Shown one piece after another: positions 43,404 through 51,600 of a DNA stretch of 64,000 nt; within the stretch, counting starts at the first letter, position 1; each line of letters opens with the position of its first letter. Origin of the DNA: a virus; IMG/VR virus record IMGVR_UViG_3300043395_003024, positions 32,001-96,000 of that record; one strand, given 5' to 3'. The translations under genes were made by a program, and so were the position numbers. The notes below the pieces were generated by a model. That model had not been told where the DNA came from, did no database searches, and saw only the letters and a program-made list of their open reading frames with translations.

Positions 43404-45503
43404 ATGGGTTGGAACTCGCCTCAGAATAAAGACATAAATTCCCAGTCCCGCAAGGACATTGGGTATGGAGCACCAATCTCCGTCAACCCCTCGCTGGCTG
43501 GCAAGGCATATCGCGACTCATGGGATATTGAGCGCGCCTACCGAGAGGGAATGTCAAAAATCACCTGGGTTAATAGGTGTATCGACGCTATAGCCGGCAA
43601 CCAGGCTAGATTGCCGATAATTCTCAGAAAAGATAATTCTAACCAGGGTGAGATTGTTCGTGGCAGAGAAGCAAACCGCTCTCCGCTTCTTGAATTGCTA
43701 AACACAAAGGCCAATGTTGGAGAAAACTCGTTCATTTTCCGTTATCGACTTTCCGCACAACTTCTCTTGGGAACACGCGGAGCGTTCATTGAAAAGATTT
43801 ATGGCCGAGACGGTCGAATTATTGGGCTAAATCTTTTGCCGCCACAATCAACTGCCCCAATCCCGGACCCAAAAACATTTGTATCTGGATATGAAGTGCA
43901 GATGCCTTACGGGGAAAAAAAATTTCTAAAGCCTGAAGACGTTGTTTGGGTAAGACGCCCGCATCCGCTTGACCCATATCTGTCCCTGACTCCGCTAGAA
44001 GCCGCAGGAGTGGCTATTGAGATTGAAAATCTTGCCAAATTGTATAACAGAAACTATCTGCTCAATGACGGCCGGCCTGGCGGATTGCTTGTCGTTAGAG
44101 GCGCTATTGACGAAGACGACAAAGAAGAACTGAGAAGCAGATTCCGTGGAAATCTCGCAAAAGCGGGCCATACAACAGTTATAGCCGCAGATGACGGGGT
44201 CGACTTCGTTGACACTTCCGCTAATCCACGCGATGCTGCTTACATTCAGATGCGCCAGATAACAAAAGAAGAAATACTTTCTTCGTTTGGCGTCCCTGAA
44301 TCGGTAATCGGCAATGCTGCCGGAAGAACATTCAGTAATGCAGCAGAAGAGATTCGTGTTTTCTGGATGGAGACGATGCTCCCCCATTTGGAACCATTGG
44401 CACGCGCGCTTGACGAGCTCGACGAAAAGTATTATTTAGACTTTGATACATCGGAAGTCCCCATCCTCATGCTCTATAAGCAGGAGCGAGATAAGTATCT
44501 GCTCCAGGAGTTTCAGTCTGGCCTGATTAGTGCCAACGAATATAGAATCGGTTCTTCGCGTAAAGAGGTAGAAGCCGACCTAGCCGATTCATTGCTTCAG
44601 AACCCAAACCTCATCCCAATTGCAAACACGAAAAAGAAAATGGAAGAGGGGCAAACGCAGATTCCCGGGGCACCAGGTATGCCGGGCATGCCGGGTATGC
44701 CAGGTATGCCGCCAGGTGCGCCACCAGGAATGCCACCGGGGGCACTACATCCGGTTGGGCCAGCTGGAGAACCAGTACCGCTTGACGTCAACACAATGGG
44801 CGGTGCGCTCGCAGAGTCAGCGCAAGAAGGACAGCTTGCTCAAACCACAGTTCCGCCAGAGGCCATGGGGGGGGTGCCGCAGACAGCCATGCCGCCAATG
44901 CCGACAACGGCAGCTTCTGCTCCCGAATCGGAAATTGAAACAAAGTCAAATGACTTAGAAAAAGAAGAGCTTGACCGTACAGAGCAGTCAATTGAAAGAT
45001 GGTCAAACATTTTGGCGCGCGGCATGGAAAGACTGATAGAGCGCCAGCAGCGCGTTGTACTTGAAAAAGCAAGCGGCGCAAGGGCAAAGAAAGCGCTTAT
45101 GCACGGAACGCTTGACATCGAGTCCGTTTTGTCAATAGATACATGGAACAAGCAATTTGAAGACGACATCAAGCCCGTTATCTCCTCAATTATCAACGAT
45201 TCTTTCGAATCCCGAGTCAACGCAGCCTCGGAAAAAGGCTTAAGAATCAAGGCAATGCCGGCGAAAGACGTCAGGGCCATGGTTGATGCCCACGTTTCAA
45301 GGATTAAGAAGATTAACGAATCTCATTTCAACGAAATCAACGCGATGATGCTGAAGTCGTTCGAATATGCAGACGAAGACAAGAGGTTCTCTTTCTTCCG
45401 CGACAGCCTTGTCGAGATGTTTACAGACTTTTTTGCTCATCAGCAAGAATCAATCGCGGAACGCGAAGCTCGGTCCGCGTGGGGATTTGGGCAGACCGTT
45501 TAG
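43404..45503 (+). CDS. HK97-family portal protein with Pro/Met-rich linker and C-terminal extension
   Basis: WVNRCIDAIA, LLLGTRGAF, NDGRPGG, FGVPESVIG and NEYR motifs. Confidence 0.93.
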   Translation: MGWNSPQNKDINSQSRKDIGYGAPISVNPSLAGKAYRDSWDIERAYREGMSKITWVNRCIDAIAGNQARLPIILRKDNSNQGEIVRGREANRSPLLELLNTKANVGENSFIFRYRLSAQLLLGTRGAFIEKIYGRDGRIIGLNLLPPQSTAPIPDPKTFVSGYEVQMPYGEKKFLKPEDVVWVRRPHPLDPYLSLTPLEAAGVAIEIENLAKLYNRNYLLNDGRPGGLLVVRGAIDEDDKEELRSRFRGNLAKAGHTTVIAADDGVDFVDTSANPRDAAYIQMRQITKEEILSSFGVPESVIGNAAGRTFSNAAEEIRVFWMETMLPHLEPLARALDELDEKYYLDFDTSEVPILMLYKQERDKYLLQEFQSGLISANEYRIGSSRKEVEADLADSLLQNPNLIPIANTKKKMEEGQTQIPGAPGMPGMPGMPGMPPGAPPGMPPGALHPVGPAGEPVPLDVNTMGGALAESAQEGQLAQTTVPPEAMGGVPQTAMPPMPTTAASAPESEIETKSNDLEKEELDRTEQSIERWSNILARGMERLIERQQRVVLEKASGARAKKALMHGTLDIESVLSIDTWNKQFEDDIKPVISSIINDSFESRVNAASEKGLRIKAMPAKDVRAMVDAHVSRIKKINESHFNEINAMMLKSFEYADEDKRFSFFRDSLVEMFTDFFAHQQESIAEREARSAWGFGQTV

Positions 45504-45566
45504 TTGATGTTTCAGTAAACTATCGTGTTTCTAACAATAGTTTCTTTAAACAAAAACTTTAAGTAA

Positions 45567-45602
45567 TAGTTACATCGAGCAGACTTCCCAATCGCTTATT
45601 AT
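45567..45602 (+). promoter_or_regulatory. Putative phage late promoter TAGTTACA-N22-TATTAT
   Basis: Shared motif upstream of the protease-polyprotein gene. Confidence 0.5.
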
Positions 45603-45634
45603 CTTCAATAGACACGACTTGAAGGGTCTATTGC

Positions 45635-48600
45635 ATGCCATCTGAACTGTTCGAATATAAGTCAAGTTCGCTTGGCAACTCCCTCTCATCCAAGGGTGGA
45701 AACATCAACCTGGACGAGGCTCAGGGCATAGTTGAGTGTTTCGTGGCCGGTATTGGGAATAAGGATTCGGTCGGTGACATCGTCGCAAGCGGCGCATTCA
45801 CAAAGAGCCTTCAGCGCCGTAAGCCACGCGTTGTTTGGGGCCACAGCTGGAATGACCCGATTGGCAAAGTTCTAGAGATTTACGAAGTTCCTAACACAGA
45901 CAACCGCCTACCGCTCAAGATGAAGATGGCTGGGATTGGCGGTCTTTTCGCTCGCGTCCAGTTCAACCTGAATTCAGAAAAGGGCCGCGAAGCCTTTGCG
46001 ATGGTTGCCTTCTTCGGCGAGGAACAGGAATGGTCAATTGGCTACAAGACGCTGCGAGCCCAGTTTGACCAGAAGTCTCAAGCAAATGTCATCTACGAAC
46101 TAGAGCTTTATGAGGTTTCGCCAGTTCTCCACGGAGCAAACCAGCTAACCGGAACAATTTCGGTTAAGTCGGACGAGCTCGCAGACAGAATGTCTGCAGT
46201 AATGGAAGATAGCGGAAGTGCTATCGATAAGGCCGAAATTGAGAAGCAATTGGCCGCGATTCTCGGTGAAAAAGTATCACTCATGGACGTAAACGATGAC
46301 GAGGTTACGTTCGCTCGCAGAATGCCCAACGGCGAAGTTGGCCGCTACAAGTGCGGCTTTAGTGGCAGCCGTGGTCGGTATATGTTCGGCGCCCCAGAAC
46401 CGATTGTTGTTATGCCAATGCGTAGGCCAATCGCGCCAGCGGCAAATATGCCGATGGCTGGACCTAGCATGCCTGCCAACGAGCCACAAAGAGTCATCCG
46501 ACCATCGCAGATGCCCTCAATGCCTGTGGCGATAAAGCCAGGCGAGAATGGCAATCGCATGGTTCCGCTCCCGCCAGTGGAGTACGAAGATGGTGGCAAA
46601 GACAGGGAAGAGCCAGAGTTCGACCCCAATAACCTAGACAGGGAAGAGGCCGACCTCAGGGATGCCCTTTTAAAAATTGTGAAGCGTCACGGTCGTTTTA
46701 ATGAGGATTCAACTGGTGTTTACGCGGCATACAGCTCGCCCGAGGAGAACGAAGTTGCCTCAATCGGAGTTAAGTGCGCAAACTGTGTTTTTTACCAAGG
46801 TGGAAATTCCTGCAAGATAATCGCAATGGATGTAGAGCCAGAAGGCAAGTGCAGATTTGCGGTTATCCCGAAGGGTGTCGTTAAGGGAAGCACGGCAGAT
46901 ACCAAGAATTATGAGCTCGATGAGGAGTTCGCGGAAGAGGACTACCTTGCCGAGCTTGAAGTTAAGTACCCAGGGGAACTAGCTGTTGCAGCTGTTCGTG
47001 GAGCAATAGGAAGACGCCGCAAGAAGCGTCGTAAGTTTAAACTTCTTGGCGAGTTTGGTTCAAAACAGGACGATTTTGATTTTGACGACAAGCCATACCT
47101 GTTGCCAGTTGTTCCGCAGTTTGCATTCCAGGTAAAACAGGCGCTTGACCCAATATTTGATTACCACAATGTTGACTCTTTTGTCGATGTAAACGGAATT
47201 GTCATCACATCTGGCGTTAGCTTTGAGTTGATTGAGGCAATTGACACAGCTGTCGAAAATCTAAAAAAAAAATCTCTAACTGAAAACGACATAGAGTGGA
47301 AGGCGGCTAGTTACCGCCTCGGTCGTGCTATCGGAAGTCGCCTAATTGACCGTCCAAACATCGGCGGTGGACGTACGCGTGGAAGATTCTTCACTTCAAT
47401 AGGCGCTGAAGACTTCGACCCATTTACAGCCCGTGATGCGAATCTAAACGGAATCGTTGGTGAAGGTTTGTTCCTTCGTGGTATAGCGCTAGCAACACCG
47501 GACCCCACCCCAGACGGCCCTGGCTCCATAAGGAACCCAAAGCCATCACCACGTCAGCTTTCAAAGCCGGAATCGGAAACAGTAGCCCGTATTGAGAATG
47601 CTGCCGGAAAGCTTTCATCGGGGAAAATAGAGCTAGACCTTCCACGATTTGATGACCCGGATATCGATTCGGCAGAAAAGTTTGGTGCAGCAGAGTCGCG
47701 GCGCGATGAACTTCAGGGCGTACTTGATGGTGCTACCGACCCAGAACAAATAAAGAAGCTAGAAAGAGCAATTTCAGAACTCGACAAGTACATGAACCGC
47801 GTCGAGAAGTTGGCCGAAAGCGAGATGGCTCAGTCTGAGAAGCCAAAGAAGAAGCCTGCAGCTGGAAAGGTAATAAAGGCCGGTCAGAAACTTTCTAGCG
47901 GATATGCAAAATACCTAGATAAGCCGAAATCAAAGCGTTCAATCGATGAGATAAACAAGTTTGATGGCCCGATTAGCGCTGCCTTGTCGTCTGGGAAATT
48001 GCCAGATAAAGCAGAGATTCCAGAAGATTCGCCGATACTGTCGGAAATGTATAAGCGGATGGCTGATGAAATAATCGCTGTTCTACAAGACCTGATTGAT
48101 AACCCCGAAAAGGCAAAACAATGGAAGATGCCGTGGCGAAATCCTGAAATTTTTGCCAGAAACCCAACGCGTAATCGTGTTTACCAGGGCATGAACCAGC
48201 TTGCACTTCTTCTGACTGCACAAAGTCGTGGATATACAACAAATAGATGGGCCGGAAAGACGCAGTGGCAGAAACTTGGTGGAAAACTAAAGCCAGGAGC
48301 TAGCGCACGCGGCGTTTCAATCCTCGTGCCGCGTGAGGGACGAATTCTAATGAACGCAGATGGCCAGCCGGTTGAGACTGGCCGCTACTACGTTGTTCAG
48401 ACTGTTTACAACGTCGATGATGTTGCTGGTCTGCCAAAGAAGTTCTACGAGGTTGAGGATAGCGCCATCAACCAGGAAGAGCGCCTACAGGACTTGGAAA
48501 ACGTAATTCAGGAAATAGGTCCTAAGTTTGTAGAGTCTAAAGGTCAGCAGGCTTTTTATCGCCCCATGACCGACAGCATCCACATGCCGGCGTTTGACCA

Positions 48601-51600
48601 GTTTGAAAATGCACTCGCATTTTATTCAACAGCAATGCACGAGACAATTCACTGGACTTCGCACCCAACGCGACTAAATAGAACTCTTGGCAAAGAGTTT
48701 GGTGATGAACAATATGCTTTCGAGGAGCTTATTGCCGAAATAGGTTCAGCATTTGCTCTTGGCTCAATGGGTCTCGAGCCAACAGTCCGCGAAGACCATC
48801 TTCTGTATCTAAATAGCTGGCTAAAGAAGCTCAAGTCAGACCCACTTGCGATACATAGGGCAATAGTCCAGGCACAGCAAGCAAATGACTATCTTCTTAA
48901 CCGTTCGGCGACAATGCGAAGACTTGCTGGCATACCTGACGATGAGCGTAAGGGCAAGGACGATATATGGTTCGAAGTTCCTATGCTCGCCGGCTATGAG
49001 GATATTGAGCCAATAAAGCCAACAACAACAATAACTGGCCCACTAGAGGACCTGCTTGACTCAGAAGCATGGGATGAATTTGTCCCAGATTCACCAAATC
49101 TGAGTATCGCGGAGCGCGAACTTCGTTCATACGACGTAGCGCCAAATGCGCCGTCAAAGAACAAGGCAGGAGTTGTTATTACTCCGTCCGGAGCGCTTGC
49201 AAGCGGTAAAAAGGCTGGGAAAATCAAGGGTACAAAGCCTGGCGTTCCAGAAATCGACAGAATTGCTGAAGATGTATCGCTAAAGCTTGCATTTGGTCTG
49301 GCTAATGAGCCCACAAATGAGCAGCGCGACATTATGGCTGTTGCTCTATCGCTTATCCACGGCAATAATCCTGCAATTTTAAGTGTTCTTGCTGGTGCTG
49401 GAACTGGAAAAACGACAACGCTTAAAAGCATCGCGTGGGCTCTTCAGAGAGAATTCGACCTATGGCCGGAAGGTGACCCAAGAAGGGCGGAACAGCTTGC
49501 TTACCTATCGGATAGATATGGAATTGATTTCAGCAAGATAAAACCAGAGAAGATTGCTGATGCAGTAACTGAGTTAGCAAAGAATAATAAAACCGGAAAT
49601 CTTTACTATACGGTTTTCAACACAAAAAACCAACTAGAAGCCGAAACAGAATTCCCACGAAATACGGGTATTGCTACTACGGACAAGCTCTGGCAGTGGT
49701 CGCTCCGTCTTGGTCAGGGTGACAAAAAGTATGGACCGGGCATGCGCAGAAAAATGGGCATGCTAAACAAGAGCCGAGAGAGCAAAAAGTCCATGCGTAG
49801 AAATCCGGCATGGAAGAGCGAAGAAGAGACGCCAGGCGTCGAAAAAATGATTGGAAAAAATTTCGTCAGAGAAAAATTTGACGGAACAACCGAAACGTTT
49901 GTTGGTGAGGACCCTGGTTTTGAGGCTCTTGGCTGGACAATGCTTCAAAAAGGTGACGACTTTGCTGAGCATCTTGGCCTAGAGAAATGGCCAGATGTTG
50001 TAAAAAGAAAGAAAATGAAGCCAGACGTGGATGCTTCCGGCAGGCCTATTCGTGATGAAAAAGGAAAAGTAAAGAAGTCAGAAGTAGAAGTAGAGGGTTT
50101 TGAACTTCCAAACGGAACGTTCCTTGAACTTTCCGAAATGGGCGACCTTCTATCTAACGCCCTTAAGCGCTGGGGTCTGTCCAAAGAAGAAAAAGTTACA
50201 GCACAACACTTCATGCCTCCAAAACAGAGACTTGAAGACATGGATACGCCGCGTGGAAAGGACAATCAACCCACAGGCGTTGACAGCATTCTCACCGAAG
50301 AGCAAATTCCTAAAAAATGGATTGAGGCGGTCCAGTCAATCGTGGACGAGATTGCAGATGGCGACTCTAACCTGCTACCAACAATGGAACTTGTGTCTAA
50401 ATTCTGGATGATGACAGACCCTGACCTGAGAACAGACCCAGGTTTAATTACGCACTCTTCAGCTCAAACAAGAGTAAAAGTATCCGTTCCATCATCGCTA
50501 CGCGAAGGCGATACATACGTTTATGACGGCGAAGAGTGGGTTGTTACAGGATTAACCAAAAAGGCTGGGAAAACATCAAGTGCTACCTTACGTAAAAAGA
50601 TGGCATCAAAGGAAAATCCCCTCGGTGCATTCTTGCTAGACGAGGTGCAAGACTCAAACGAGGTTCTCGAAACAGTTCTAGATAGGAATAGGGATAAGCT
50701 CCCTATTATTCTTGTCGGAGACGATAGACAGGCTGTCTATGCATTCCGCGATGCAAAGAATATTCTGGCGTCACTTGATTCAGAGTACTCACAGGACATT
50801 ACAGAGTCGTTTAGATATGGCGAAACTGTAGGTCATGCCGCAAACCTGGTTCTTGGAGCACAAAATGTTCATCTGCGTAGACAGGGTGTTAAGCAACAGC
50901 CGTGGAAGCACGTTAAGGGCCAGGCGCAAACTGTTATCAATAGGCAGTTTGACCCACTATTGCCAGAAAAAGATAGGCTCGGCAATAATCCGGTCGATGA
51001 AATAGATGATGCAACACGCCAGATATTGATAGCCGATATAGAGAAAAAATATTCTACTCCAGAGAAGAAGCTTGACCTGCTGTCACTAGATAGACCAGCA
51101 CAGGACAAGGCCTTAAAGGAGCTTAGGGATACGCTTTATGGACCAAAAGCTGGTCAAATAGTAGATAGATATGCAGAGGCCGATAAGGGCAATCTGCCAA
51201 CGATGATTCTCTGTAGAACAAACGGTGAAATAATCAACGAAGCTCTAAAGTTTATAAATATAGTCATAAATAGTAAGGCTGTTGAGCGTGATGAACGAGG
51301 CATGCCAAAACTACCTGAAGTAATTATTCCAGCTAGCAAGTGGGAGCAGCTTCTTACATTTACTAAGCACCTTGACTTCATAATGCGTTCACCTGCAAAG
51401 CAGCAAGAATACATAGCAAGATTTGGTAAGCCAGAGATGTCATCATGGCTCGGACCGATTTGGACACAGGGCACCTTGCAGAAAGCTCTCAATCAGTCAA
51501 AGTATCAACAGGCGCGCAGCGCATACAAACTGATAATGCAGCCGCCAAAGAGCGACCCAACTGCTCCGCCACTTGGCACTCGCGGCATGCTTGAACTTTT

